Assembly (NCBI GenBank): GCA_963745025.1
Contig: CAVUWD010000016.1
Span: 128,001-192,000, forward strand
DNA from: an uncultured delta proteobacterium
GTDB lineage: Bacteria > Desulfobacterota > Binatia > JACPRU01
DNA length: 64,000 nucleotides
Direction of reading: 5' to 3'
Below, in pieces: positions 30,891-40,757 of this stretch (the stretch's first letter is position 1; every line of letters begins with the position of its first letter). A program made the translations under genes and the position numbers. The notes beneath the pieces are model-generated. The model saw only the letters and a list, made by a program, of their open reading frames with translations. It was not told where the DNA came from and searched no databases.

Positions 30891-31646
30891 ATGCTACTCG
30901 AAATTCGCAATCTCCACGTGAGCATCGACGGCAAGCCGATTCTCCGCGGTCTCGACCTCGCGGTCGCCGAAGGCGAAGTCCACGCCGTCATGGGCCCGAA
31001 CGGCTCGGGTAAGTCGACGCTTGCGCAGGTGCTCGCGGGGCATCCCGCCTACGAGGTGACCGCGGGAGAGGTCTTCTACCTCGGCACGAACCTGCTCGAG
31101 ATGCCCGCCGAGAAACGGGCGCGGGAGGGCATTTTTCTCGCCTTTCAGTATCCGGTCGAGATCCCGGGAGTGGCAAACGCATACTTCCTGCGCGCGGGGT
31201 TGAACGAGATCCGCGCGTACCGAGGGCTCGAGGAGCTCGACGCCATGGAGTTCCTGGCGCTCCTCAAGGAAAAGCTGAAGATCGTCGATATGGACTCAGC
31301 GATGATGTCGCGGGCCGTGAACGAGGGGTTCTCCGGCGGCGAGAAGAAGCGGAACGAGATCCTGCAGATGGCGGTGCTCGAGCCGAAGCTGGCGATCCTC
31401 GACGAAACCGACTCGGGGCTCGACATCGATGCGCTGCGTGTGGTGGCGACGGGAGTCGAGAAGCTTCGTCGTCCCGACAACGCCACGATCCTCGTCACGC
31501 ACTACCAGCGGCTGCTCAACTACATCACGCCGGATCACGTGCACGTGCTCTATCGGGGCCGGATCGTGAAATCGGGCGGCAAGGATCTCGCGCTCGCGCT
31601 CGAGGCCAAGGGCTACGACTGGCTCCGCGAGGAAGCGGCGACGTGA
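30891..31646 (+). CDS. sufC: Fe-S assembly ATPase SufC
   Basis: GPNGSGKST, FQYPVEIPG, FSGGEKKRNE, DETDSGLD. Confidence 0.97.
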   Translation: MLLEIRNLHVSIDGKPILRGLDLAVAEGEVHAVMGPNGSGKSTLAQVLAGHPAYEVTAGEVFYLGTNLLEMPAEKRAREGIFLAFQYPVEIPGVANAYFLRAGLNEIRAYRGLEELDAMEFLALLKEKLKIVDMDSAMMSRAVNEGFSGGEKKRNEILQMAVLEPKLAILDETDSGLDIDALRVVATGVEKLRRPDNATILVTHYQRLLNYITPDHVHVLYRGRIVKSGGKDLALALEAKGYDWLREEAAT

Positions 31647-32971
31647 GCGGCACCGAGCATTTCGTCGGCGATTTCCGGAGATTCGTCTCGCGCGCCGAGC
31701 GTCCGGTGCCGCCGTGGGTCGCCGCGGTGCGCGAGACGGCGATCTCGCGCTTCGCGGAGGTCGGCTTTCCGACGACGCGCGAGGAGGACTGGAAATACAC
31801 GAACGTCGCTCGGCTGGTGAGCGTTCCCTATCGCGCGGAGCTCGAGAGCCGTGAACGGCGCGATGCTCGACGCATCGCCGGTGCGAGCCTGGTCGGCGGC
31901 GCGGCGACGAGCCGCCTCGTCTTCGTGAACGGCGGCTTCGTGGCGGACGCTTCGGACCTCGGACGATTGCCTGCGGGGGTTCGCGTCGAGAGCCTGGCCG
32001 CCGCTCTCGCCCGCGATGGCGAAGTCGTCGCGCATCACCTGGCGCGGCACGCCGCCTTCGACCAGAATGGCTTTACCGCGCTGTCCACGGCGTTCCTCGA
32101 GGATGGAGCGTTCGTCTTCGTGCCCGATGGAATCGAGCTCGAGGGACCGATCGAACTGGTGTTCGTCTCGAGCGGTGGCCGTGGCGAGGTGGTCGCGTAT
32201 CCGCGCCTGCTCGTCGTCTGCGGCCGGCAAAGCCGCGCGGCGCTCGTCGAGCAGTACGTGGCCTCGGGAGACGGATCGACGCTGACGAACGCGGTCGGTG
32301 AAGTCGTGCTCGGGGATGGCGCTCGCCTCGATCACGTGAGGATCGCCCGCGAAGGCGCGCGCGGCGCGCAAGTGGCAACGACGGAGGTCGTCCAGGGGCG
32401 TGACAGCCGGTACCGATCTTCGGCGATCATGCTCGGTGCGGCGTTTCTGCGCCACACCCTGAACGTGACGCTCGGCGCCGAGGGTGCAGACTGCGTGCTC
32501 GACGGCCTCTACCTGGCCGGAGGGGAAGATTTCGTCGACAATCACACGACCATCGACCATGCCGTGCCGCACGGCACGAGCCGGGAGCTCTACAAGGGTA
32601 TCCTCGGCGGCAAGGCGAAGGCTGTATTCAACGGCAAGGTCATCGTCCGCGCGGACGCGCAGAAGTCGGACGCGCAGCAAACGAACAAGAATCTGCTGTT
32701 GTCCGAGAGCGCCGAAATCGATACCAAGCCCGAGTTGCAGATCTTCGCCGACGACGTGAAATGCGCGCACGGCGCGGCCATCGGCCAGCTCGATCCCGAC
32801 GCGCTCTTCTACCTGAAGAGCCGCGGAATCGGCGAGGCGACGGGCCGGCGCCTCCTGACCTATGGATTCGCCAACGAGGTGATCCAGCGGGTGCCGATCC
32901 CGGAGCTCCGGCCGGTGCTCGAGCGTGCCTTCGTCGAGCGCCTCGAGCGGGATCTAGTGGGGGAGCGATGA
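31643..32971 (+). CDS. sufD: Fe-S assembly protein SufD
   Basis: EDWKYT, FNGKVIV, KPELQIFADDVKCAHGA. Confidence 0.95.
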   Translation: MSGTEHFVGDFRRFVSRAERPVPPWVAAVRETAISRFAEVGFPTTREEDWKYTNVARLVSVPYRAELESRERRDARRIAGASLVGGAATSRLVFVNGGFVADASDLGRLPAGVRVESLAAALARDGEVVAHHLARHAAFDQNGFTALSTAFLEDGAFVFVPDGIELEGPIELVFVSSGGRGEVVAYPRLLVVCGRQSRAALVEQYVASGDGSTLTNAVGEVVLGDGARLDHVRIAREGARGAQVATTEVVQGRDSRYRSSAIMLGAAFLRHTLNVTLGAEGADCVLDGLYLAGGEDFVDNHTTIDHAVPHGTSRELYKGILGGKAKAVFNGKVIVRADAQKSDAQQTNKNLLLSESAEIDTKPELQIFADDVKCAHGAAIGQLDPDALFYLKSRGIGEATGRRLLTYGFANEVIQRVPIPELRPVLERAFVERLERDLVGER

Positions 32972-34230
32972 GAGCCGTGCGTGGAACGAGCTCTGCGGTA
33001 GAGGCCGGAGCACGATTCGACGTCGAGCGAATCCGGCGAGATTTCCCGGTGCTGCAGCGCAAGGTGCACGGCAAGCCGCTCGTGTACCTCGACAATGCCG
33101 CGACCAGTCAAAAGCCGAAGGCGGTGATCGATACGCTGACGCGCTACTATTCCGAGTTCAACTCGAACATCCACCGCGGTATCCATCAACTGAGCGAAGA
33201 GGCCACGAGCGCATACGAGGACGCTCGCGCCAAGGTGAAGAGCTTCCTGAACGCGGCCGATGAGCGTGAGATCGTGTTCGTGCGCGGCACGACCGAGGCG
33301 ATCAACCTGGTCGCGCAGAGCTACGGCCGGGCGTTCGTCAAGCCCGGCGACGAGATCGTGATCACGGCGATGGAGCACCATTCGAACATCGTGCCGTGGC
33401 AGCTCCTCGGGGAGCAGACGGGCGCGCGGCTGCGCGTCGTGCCCATCAACGACGAAGGCGAGCTGCTGATCGACGAGCTCGAGCCGATGCTCACCGGCAA
33501 GACCCGGTTGATCGCCGTCGCTCACGTGTCGAACGCCCTCGGAACCGTCAATCCGGTCAAGCGGATCGCGAAGATCGCACACCGGCGCGGCATCCCCGTG
33601 CTCGTCGACGGAGCGCAAGCCGTGCCGCACATGAAGGTCGACGTCCAGGATCTCGACTGCGACTTCTACGCGTTCTCCGGCCACAAGATGTACGCGCCGA
33701 CCGGTATCGGCATCCTGTACGGCAAGTCCCGTTGGCTCGAGAAGATGCCGCCCTACCAGGGCGGCGGCAGCATGATCAGCCTGGTGACGTTCGAGAAGAC
33801 GCACTACAACGTGCCGCCTTACAGGTTCGAGGCGGGCACTCCCGACATCGCCGGCGGCATCGGCCTCGGTGCGGCGATCGACTATCTGAACGCCATCGAT
33901 CTCGAAGCGGCCGCCGCCTACGAGCAGGAAGTACTGGCCTATGGCACCGAGGTGCTCTCGGCGATCGAGGGACTGCGCCTAATCGGTCAGGCGAAGGCCA
34001 AGGCGAGCGTGCTCTCGTTCGTGCTCGAGGGCGTTCATCCGCACGACATCGGTACGATCCTCGATCGCGAGGGAGTGGCGATTCGTGCCGGCCATCACTG
34101 CGCGATGCCGGTCATGCAGCGCTTCGGCGTGCCGGCCACGGCGCGCGCATCCTTGGCCTTTTACAACACGAAGCAGGAAATGGACGCGCTCGGTCGCTCC
34201 ATCCGCAGGGTGAGAGAGGTGTTCTGCTGA
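32968..34230 (+). CDS. sufS: Cysteine desulfurase SufS
   Basis: YLDNAATSQKP, FSGHKM, RAGHHCA. Confidence 0.97.
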   Translation: MRAVRGTSSAVEAGARFDVERIRRDFPVLQRKVHGKPLVYLDNAATSQKPKAVIDTLTRYYSEFNSNIHRGIHQLSEEATSAYEDARAKVKSFLNAADEREIVFVRGTTEAINLVAQSYGRAFVKPGDEIVITAMEHHSNIVPWQLLGEQTGARLRVVPINDEGELLIDELEPMLTGKTRLIAVAHVSNALGTVNPVKRIAKIAHRRGIPVLVDGAQAVPHMKVDVQDLDCDFYAFSGHKMYAPTGIGILYGKSRWLEKMPPYQGGGSMISLVTFEKTHYNVPPYRFEAGTPDIAGGIGLGAAIDYLNAIDLEAAAAYEQEVLAYGTEVLSAIEGLRLIGQAKAKASVLSFVLEGVHPHDIGTILDREGVAIRAGHHCAMPVMQRFGVPATARASLAFYNTKQEMDALGRSIRRVREVFC

Positions 34231-34676
34231 TGTCGGAGCTCACGGATCTCTACCAAGAGGTCATCCTCGACCACAACAAGAGGCCGCGCAACTACCAGAG
34301 ACTCGCGGACGCGAACCGTACCGCCGAGGGCTTCAATCCGCTCTGCGGCGACCAGCTCCAGCTCTACGTGAAGGTCGAGGGCGGCGTGATCCGCGACATC
34401 GGTTTCCAGGGGTCGGGCTGCGCGATCTCGAAGGCGTCCGCTTCGCTGATGACGTCGATGCTGAAGGGCAAGACGTGCGCCGAGGCCGACGAGCTCTTCG
34501 AGCGCTTCCATCGCTTGGTGGCGAGCGACGCGGTGGCGGATCCTGCGGAGCTCGGCAAGCTCAACGTCTTTTCGGGAGTCCGCGAGTTCCCCGCGCGCGT
34601 CAAGTGTGCCAGCCTCCCTTGGCACACGCTCCGCGCCGCGCTCGAGGAGAAAGCCGATCCCGTCACCACGGAATGA
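34230..34676 (+). CDS. sufU: SufU/NifU-family protein
   Basis: NPLCGD, GCAISKAS, RVKCA. Confidence 0.94.
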   Translation: MSELTDLYQEVILDHNKRPRNYQRLADANRTAEGFNPLCGDQLQLYVKVEGGVIRDIGFQGSGCAISKASASLMTSMLKGKTCAEADELFERFHRLVASDAVADPAELGKLNVFSGVREFPARVKCASLPWHTLRAALEEKADPVTTE

Positions 34677-34686
34677 GGATAGAGTC

Positions 34687-35244
34687 ATGTCACCGCACGA
34701 ATCGATCACGCTCAGCCGCGATTGCGAGGCGATTCAAATCCCGAGCGGCGCCAAGATGGTGCTGCCGGCCGGGACGATGGTGATGATCACGCAGTCGCTC
34801 GGCGACACCTACACGGTCACCACGGATCACGGCTACATGGTGCGGATCTCCGGCAAGGACGCCGACGCGATGGGCCTCGAGCGCGCGCCCGCGGCGCCGG
34901 TCGCCGCGACCGGGGCTCCGCAGGGAGCGGGAGACCTCGAGAAGCTCGTGTGGGAGCAGCTTCGCACCTGCTACGACCCGGAGATCCCCGTCAACATCGT
35001 CGACCTAGGCCTGATCTACGAGTGCACGGTCACGGCGCTCGAGGGCGGCGGTCACCGCGCGGAGGTCAAGCTCACGCTGACCGCGCCGGGCTGCGGCATG
35101 GGCGGCGTGCTCGCCGCGGACGCGCAGGCCAAGATCGGCGGGATCGCCGGCATCCGCGAGGCCAACGTCGAGGTCGTCTTCGAGCCGCCGTGGAATCCCG
35201 GCATGATGTCGGAAGCGGCGCGTCTCGAGCTCGGGATGATGTGA
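34687..35244 (+). CDS. sufT: SufT (DUF59)
   Basis: YDPEIPVNIVDLGLIY, TLTAPGCGMG. Confidence 0.92.
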   Translation: MSPHESITLSRDCEAIQIPSGAKMVLPAGTMVMITQSLGDTYTVTTDHGYMVRISGKDADAMGLERAPAAPVAATGAPQGAGDLEKLVWEQLRTCYDPEIPVNIVDLGLIYECTVTALEGGGHRAEVKLTLTAPGCGMGGVLAADAQAKIGGIAGIREANVEVVFEPPWNPGMMSEAARLELGMM

Positions 35245-35247
35245 AAC

Positions 35248-35328
35248 GACGGCTATCGGCCACCGGCTTCCGGCTACCGATAACGACACCGGGGATTCTG
35301 TTGCGGTAGCCGGTAGTCGGTAGCCGTC
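35248..35328. repeat. Heptamer-armed palindrome, copy 2
   Basis: GACGGCTATCGGCCACCGGCTTCCGGCTACCG...CGGTAGCCGGTAGTCGGTAGCCGTC between convergent genes. Confidence 0.8.
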
Positions 35329-36660
35329 TTACTCGCGCCCCAGTAAAGCCCTGAGCCGCACGTACAGAATCGCGCTCGAGGCGACGTTGCCCGTCGCCAT
35401 GGCGAGAAAGATCGACCATACCGGCGCGCCGAGCGCCGCCAGACAAACGGCCGCGGTGACCACGATCGCGGTACGGGCCGCGACCAGTACCAGCGGAAAC
35501 ACCGCCCGTCCGAGCCCCTGGAACGTGAACGAGCAGGCCATCGACATGCCGAGAAAGGGATAGCTCGGCGCGAGGATCCGCAGGTAGATTCCGCCGGTCG
35601 CCAAGATCTCCGGCTCGCGGGTGAAGATCGCGAGCCAGAGCGCCGGCTTCCAGATCAGCAAGACCGACAACAGTGACAGCATGACGGTGACGAGCGCGAC
35701 GGCGCGCGAGACGAGCGCCGCCACGCGACGAAGATCGCCGGCGCCGGCGGCCAAGCCGACGAGTGTCAGCACCGCCGAGCCGACGCCGAAGGCGAGCGTG
35801 ATGATGAGGAAGTCGAGCCGCGTGCCGAGCCCGAAAGCGGCGATCTCATGGGTGCCGTAACGAGCGACGATGGCGGTGAGGAGTAACAGTCCGAGGTAAT
35901 TCGCGAGCGTCGCCAGCGAAGCCGGGATGCCGACGCGAAGGATGTCGCGCATCGGACGGGCAGAGAGCGGACGGGGAAAGAGGCTGGGTCGCACGATGCC
36001 TTGTCCGCCGAACACGAAGTACGCGCGCGGCAGCAACCCGACGAGCTGCCCGATGATCGTGGCCGCCGCCGCACCGGCCAGCCCGAGGCCGAATGAAAAC
36101 ATGAACAGCGGCACGAGCAGGATCTGCAGCGAGAGCGAGACGGTTGCACAGAGCGACGCCACTCGTACGTTGCCCTCGCCGCGCAGAATGCTGTCGAAGG
36201 TCGACACGGCGAAGCTGACGAGCACGCCGCTGAAGAGAACGCGCGCGAAGAGGATCGCGCCGTCGAGGACGGCGCCCGTCCCGCCCATCCAGCGAAACAG
36301 GATCGGCGCACCGCCGACGAAGAGCAGCGTGAGCACTGCCGAGAGGGCTCCGGTGAGCACGAACGCGTGCTCTGCGACTCGCTCGGCATCGCGCCCACGG
36401 CCGCCGCCGAGCGCCTGCGCGACCGCTGCGGAGACCCCGGCTCCGACGCCTCCTCCCATCATCGTCAGGACGATCAGGTGGACCGGGAAGACGAGCGAGA
36501 GCGCGGCAATCGCATCGGCGCCGAGACGCGAGACGAAGTAGGTATTCACCACGCCGGAGGTCGCGCCGAGCACCATCACCGCGGTGGTCGGTACGGCGAG
36601 GGCGGAGATCGCTCGCAGCGGCGGCAGCGTCAAGAGGCGCTCGGCGCGGCTCGACACCAC
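35329..36660 (-). CDS. MATE family efflux transporter
   Basis: Hydrophobic protein; FVSRLGADAIAAL, ILRGEGN, GLAGAAAAT; start estimated at GTG (VVSSRAERLL). Confidence 0.88.
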   Translation of the reverse strand: MVSSRAERLLTLPPLRAISALAVPTTAVMVLGATSGVVNTYFVSRLGADAIAALSLVFPVHLIVLTMMGGGVGAGVSAAVAQALGGGRGRDAERVAEHAFVLTGALSAVLTLLFVGGAPILFRWMGGTGAVLDGAILFARVLFSGVLVSFAVSTFDSILRGEGNVRVASLCATVSLSLQILLVPLFMFSFGLGLAGAAAATIIGQLVGLLPRAYFVFGGQGIVRPSLFPRPLSARPMRDILRVGIPASLATLANYLGLLLLTAIVARYGTHEIAAFGLGTRLDFLIITLAFGVGSAVLTLVGLAAGAGDLRRVAALVSRAVALVTVMLSLLSVLLIWKPALWLAIFTREPEILATGGIYLRILAPSYPFLGMSMACSFTFQGLGRAVFPLVLVAARTAIVVTAAVCLAALGAPVWSIFLAMATGNVASSAILYVRLRALLGRE

Positions 36661-36939
36661 GTTGCGGGTCAGGCGCCGAAGCTGCGCAGCTGCAGCCGCA
36701 GAAGCGAATCGAACGCGCGGTCCGGCAGCAGCCACTTGAGGCCGAGGAGAATGATCAACACGGATTTCGAGATCGCTGGGGCCGGCATGAGAGTTTCCTC
36801 GCTGGCGATGGGGGCCGATCAATACAGTTACCGCACGTCCACGCAAGCGTCCGCGGGGGGATGCCTGCGGCGAGGGCGGGTTCATGATATGGTGCGTCAT
36901 TCCGCGGCACGATCGAGGCCCGCGCCGAGGAGGTGAACG

Positions 36940-38658
36940 ATGGCGAAGGACTTTTTCCATCCGGACATGGAGCGGTTCATCGATCATCGGTTCGACTGGG
37001 AGCGCTACCTTCGGCTGTCGGGCCGGGTGGGCAGCGTGGCCGACGAGGTCGACGCCTTCAAGATGATCCTGCGCACCGTCGGCGAGATCTGCGAGGACAT
37101 CGACGCCGATGCTCGCGATCACTGGCACGAGGAGGCGCGGCTCGCGCACGGAACCGTGGTGGTGCCCCCGCACATCGCGCAAGCCTATGAGAAGCTCCGC
37201 TCGGCCGGGCTCGTCTGCCTGACGCTCGATGCGGAGTACGGCGGTCAGAGCCTCGGCGTTCTGCTGAACTGCTTCTACCTCGAGATGGTCGCGCGCGCCG
37301 ATGCGAGCCTGATGACCATCGTCGGTCTGCAGACCGGGGTCGCGCACGACATCCAGCACTTCGGCTCCGCGGAGATCAAGGAGCGCTACCTGCCGCGCTT
37401 CGCCTCCGGAGAGCTCCAGGGCGCCATGGATCTCACCGAGCCGCAGGCGGGATCCGACCTCGGGGCCATTCGTACACGCGCGACCGAGGAGAACGGCCGC
37501 TACTTCGTCGACGGCGAGAAGATCTTCATCACCAACGGCGGCGCGCCGGTTCACCTCGTGCTCGCGCGCGACGCCGCCTCCTTCGAGCAGTCGAAGGGAA
37601 CGACCAGCGGCCTGTCGCTCCTTCTCTGTCCGACGACGCTCCCCGACGGCACGCCGAATCGGATCCACGTCACGCGCATCGAGACCAAGCTCGGGATTCA
37701 CGGAGCGCCGACGTGCGTGGTCGAGTTCGATCACGCCGAGGGCGTTCTGCTCGGAAGCGCGGGCGCCGGGTTTCACGCCATGCTCGAGCTCATGAACAAC
37801 GCGCGCCTCGGCGTCGCAGCGCAGGGGATCGGCATCGCGGAGGCCGCGTATCGCCAGGCCCGCGAGTATGCGGCCGCGCGCGTGCAGTTCGGCGCGCCGA
37901 TCGAGCAGCAACCGCTCGTCAAGTCGATGCTGGCGGCGATGGCGATCCACATCGCCGCGGCGCGCGCCTTGGTCTATCGAACTTGCGCGCTCATGGATCA
38001 GACCGAGGCGTTGCGGCGCCATCTTCGCAGCGAGGCCGGAGTGAAGGATCCCGAGCGACCGCGTCTCGCGAACGAGGTCGAGCAGAACACGCAGCTCGTC
38101 CGCTTCTTCACGCCGCTGTGCAAGTACTACGCGACCGAGATCTCGAGCCACGTGACCCGTCAAGCGATCCAGGTGCACGGGGGCATCGGCTACATGGCCG
38201 AGTCTCGCGTTGCCCACTGTCACTCGGACTCGATCATCACCACGATCTACGAAGGCACCTCCGAGATCCAGGCGAGCTTCGCGCTGAAGGAGATGAGCAA
38301 GGGGGCGCTGTTCGCGGCGCTCGACTCGGTTCATGGCGATCTCGACAAGCGGCGCGCGAGCTTCCCCGAGCTGGTCGACCTCGTCTGCAAGGGGATCGAT
38401 TGGATCCAGCAATCGGTTCCGGCGTTGATGGGCGACCCGCAGTATGCGCTGCTCAACGCCAAACGCGTGTGCGAGATGGTCATCGACGTCGTCGTCGCCG
38501 CCGAGTTGCTGCTTCAGGCCGAGGTCTCCGAGCAGCGACACGCGCTCGCCACGGCTTTCATCCGCCGTCAGATGTTGGCGGTCGAGCTCAACGCGCGCCG
38601 CATCTCGACGGGAGACGCGACCCGGATCCGCAACTACGATCGGATTCTCGGGCTTTGA
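36940..38658 (+). CDS. Acyl-CoA dehydrogenase
   Basis: MDLTEPQAGSDL, GEKIFITNG, KLGIHG, IQVHGGIGY, IYEGTSEIQ; GAGGAGG RBS. Confidence 0.94.
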   Translation: MAKDFFHPDMERFIDHRFDWERYLRLSGRVGSVADEVDAFKMILRTVGEICEDIDADARDHWHEEARLAHGTVVVPPHIAQAYEKLRSAGLVCLTLDAEYGGQSLGVLLNCFYLEMVARADASLMTIVGLQTGVAHDIQHFGSAEIKERYLPRFASGELQGAMDLTEPQAGSDLGAIRTRATEENGRYFVDGEKIFITNGGAPVHLVLARDAASFEQSKGTTSGLSLLLCPTTLPDGTPNRIHVTRIETKLGIHGAPTCVVEFDHAEGVLLGSAGAGFHAMLELMNNARLGVAAQGIGIAEAAYRQAREYAAARVQFGAPIEQQPLVKSMLAAMAIHIAAARALVYRTCALMDQTEALRRHLRSEAGVKDPERPRLANEVEQNTQLVRFFTPLCKYYATEISSHVTRQAIQVHGGIGYMAESRVAHCHSDSIITTIYEGTSEIQASFALKEMSKGALFAALDSVHGDLDKRRASFPELVDLVCKGIDWIQQSVPALMGDPQYALLNAKRVCEMVIDVVVAAELLLQAEVSEQRHALATAFIRRQMLAVELNARRISTGDATRIRNYDRILGL

Positions 38659-38669
38659 AGACGGCGACG

Positions 38670-39401
38670 ATGCGCGGAACGCTCTACGCCGGTACTTCGG
38701 GCTTCGCTTACAAGACGTGGAAGCCCGGTTTCTATCCGCCACGGCTCAAGAATCGCGACATGCTGCGCTACTACGCCGAGCGCCTTCCGTCGGTCGAGAT
38801 CAACAACACGTTCTATCGGATGCCGAGCGAGAAACTGCTCGCCGGCTGGCGCGATGAGACGGCCGAGAGCTTCGTGTTCACGCTCAAGGCTCCGCGACGG
38901 ATCACCCACATCGCGAGGCTGCGCGACGTCGCCGACCCCCTCGGCTATTTCCTGCAGAGCGCGCGCTCGCTCGGCCGGCGCCTTGGCTGCATCTTCTTTC
39001 AGTGCCCTCCATATCTTCGCTACGACGCAGCTCTGCTCGACAGCTTCCTCGCCGCGCTCCCCGACGACGGCCTGCGCTTCGCCATGGAGTTCCGCCATGC
39101 GAGCTGGGGCGATGGAGAGGCGCGCGCCAAGCTGGCGGCGCGGTCGATCGCTTGGTGTACGGTTGACGCGGAGGACGGCGCGCCCCGCGTGGAGCAAACG
39201 GCGCGCGATTTCGTCTATCTTCGGTTACGCAAGCCCGCCTACGACGAAGCCTCGCTCGCTTCGTGGGCCGACCACCTCGATGCGGTCCTCGATCACGGCG
39301 TCGATGTCTACGTCTATTTCAAGCACGAGGACGATCCGGCCGGCATCGAATATGCCCGCATCCTGCTCCGCCGCCTCGTGGTAGGATGGCAGGCACCATG
39401 A
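38670..39401 (+). CDS. DUF72 family protein
   Basis: GTSGFAY, VEINNTFY, ITH..RL, EFRHASW, YLRLR. Confidence 0.92.
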   Translation: MRGTLYAGTSGFAYKTWKPGFYPPRLKNRDMLRYYAERLPSVEINNTFYRMPSEKLLAGWRDETAESFVFTLKAPRRITHIARLRDVADPLGYFLQSARSLGRRLGCIFFQCPPYLRYDAALLDSFLAALPDDGLRFAMEFRHASWGDGEARAKLAARSIAWCTVDAEDGAPRVEQTARDFVYLRLRKPAYDEASLASWADHLDAVLDHGVDVYVYFKHEDDPAGIEYARILLRRLVVGWQAP

Positions 39402-40573
39402 AGTGGTCCTCCACCGTCTCGACCGAGCCCGACCTCGAGGATGCGATCGTAGAAGCGGTCTCGCGTGTCCGGCAGGTTCTCGGTCAGCCGCCAGACCTGG
39501 CGGCCGTGTTCGTCTCGGAGCACCACCGTAGCGGCTACGATGCATTACCCGGGGAGCTTGTCAGGCGCCTGGGCGCGCGGGTGGTCATCGGCTGCTCCGC
39601 GGGCGGCGTGATCGGCGGCGGACGGGAGGTCGAGCAGAAGCCCGGCGTGTCGCTCACGGCAGCGGTTCTGCCGGGTGTGGAGCTTGCGGGCTTTCACGTT
39701 GCGGATGTCGAAGAGCTCACCCAGCCGGCATGGCGGCGACAACTCGATCAGCTGAGCACCGCGCCAGATTTCTTGCTCCTCGCCGATCCCTTCACGTTCG
39801 ACGTCGAGACGCTCATCCGCGGCCTCGACGCAGGGTTTCCGGCCAGCGCGAAGGTGGGTGGGCTCGCCAGCGGCGGGCACCAGCCCGGCGAGAACGTGCT
39901 TTACCTGAGCGGCAAAGCGCACCGTGCCGGGTGTGTAGGCGTGGCGCTTGCGGGCGACGTCCGCGTCGACACGCTGGTCGCGCAGGGCTGTCGACCGATC
40001 GGCGAGCCGATGTTCGTGACGCGCCGTCAGGGTAACGTGATCTTCGGCCTCGACGGCCGGACGCCTCTCGAGGTGCTGCAGGGGATCTATGCAGGGCTCG
40101 ATCGACGAGACCAGGAACGCTTCCGGCACTCGCTCTTCGTCGGGCTCGTGATGCGCGAGAAGAGCGAGGTCTATCGGCAGGGGGATTTCCTGATCCGCAA
40201 CATCGTCGGCCTCGATGCCGAGCGGGGGACGCTCGCGGTCGGTGCGGTTGTGAGCGAGAGCACGATCGTGCAGTTCCATCTGCGCGACGCCGCGACCTCG
40301 GCGGCAGACCTCGAGGACATCCTCTCTCAGCTGGCTCCCGAGCAGCGCAGCGCGACGCGTGGCTCGCTGCTGTTCTCCTGCCTCGGGCGGGGCCGGCATC
40401 TCTACGGGCGCGCCGACCACGATACCGACGCGTTCCGACGCCACCTGGGCGACGTACCGCTCGGCGGTTTTTTCTGCAACGGAGAGATCGGACCCGTGCA
40501 CGGCACCACGTTCCTGCACGGCTACACGAGCTCGTTCGGACTGTTTCGGTCCCGGGACCGCGGATCGCGCTGA
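39398..40573 (+). CDS. FIST-domain protein
   Basis: GGLASGG, QGCRPIG, FSCLGRG, GFFCNGEIGP. Confidence 0.92.
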   Translation: MKWSSTVSTEPDLEDAIVEAVSRVRQVLGQPPDLAAVFVSEHHRSGYDALPGELVRRLGARVVIGCSAGGVIGGGREVEQKPGVSLTAAVLPGVELAGFHVADVEELTQPAWRRQLDQLSTAPDFLLLADPFTFDVETLIRGLDAGFPASAKVGGLASGGHQPGENVLYLSGKAHRAGCVGVALAGDVRVDTLVAQGCRPIGEPMFVTRRQGNVIFGLDGRTPLEVLQGIYAGLDRRDQERFRHSLFVGLVMREKSEVYRQGDFLIRNIVGLDAERGTLAVGAVVSESTIVQFHLRDAATSAADLEDILSQLAPEQRSATRGSLLFSCLGRGRHLYGRADHDTDAFRRHLGDVPLGGFFCNGEIGPVHGTTFLHGYTSSFGLFRSRDRGSR

Positions 40574-40600
40574 AGAGCGGATTCGGGCGACAGGTAAAGG

Positions 40601-40666
40601 GACGGCTACCGGCTACCGCAAGAGACTTCGCGAAGTCTTTGCCGGAAGCCGGAAGCAGAAAGCCGT
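40601..40666. repeat. Heptamer-armed palindrome, copy 3
   Basis: GACGGCTACCGGCTACCGCAAGAGACTTCGCGAAGTCTTTGCCGGAAGCCGGAAGC... Confidence 0.75.
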
Positions 40667-40738
40667 TCTGTTGCCCGAAGCCCACAAATGCCGCCCAAAG
40701 GGATTGACTGGCACCGAGGCAAGGGCTAATAACCAATT

Positions 40739-40757
40739 GAAAATGAATTTCACTATC
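40739..40757 (+). promoter_or_regulatory. Fur box
   Basis: GAAAATGAATTTCACTATC matches GATAATGATAATCATTATC at 14/19; AT-rich patch directly upstream of an iron permease; TTGACT at 40704. Confidence 0.7.

Noticed and set aside
35329-38742. 1137-aa minus-strand ORF suggesting a giant MATE fusion
   Set aside because: The N-terminal ~690 aa are mostly the antisense shadow of the acyl-CoA dehydrogenase; only 35329-~36660 looks like MATE
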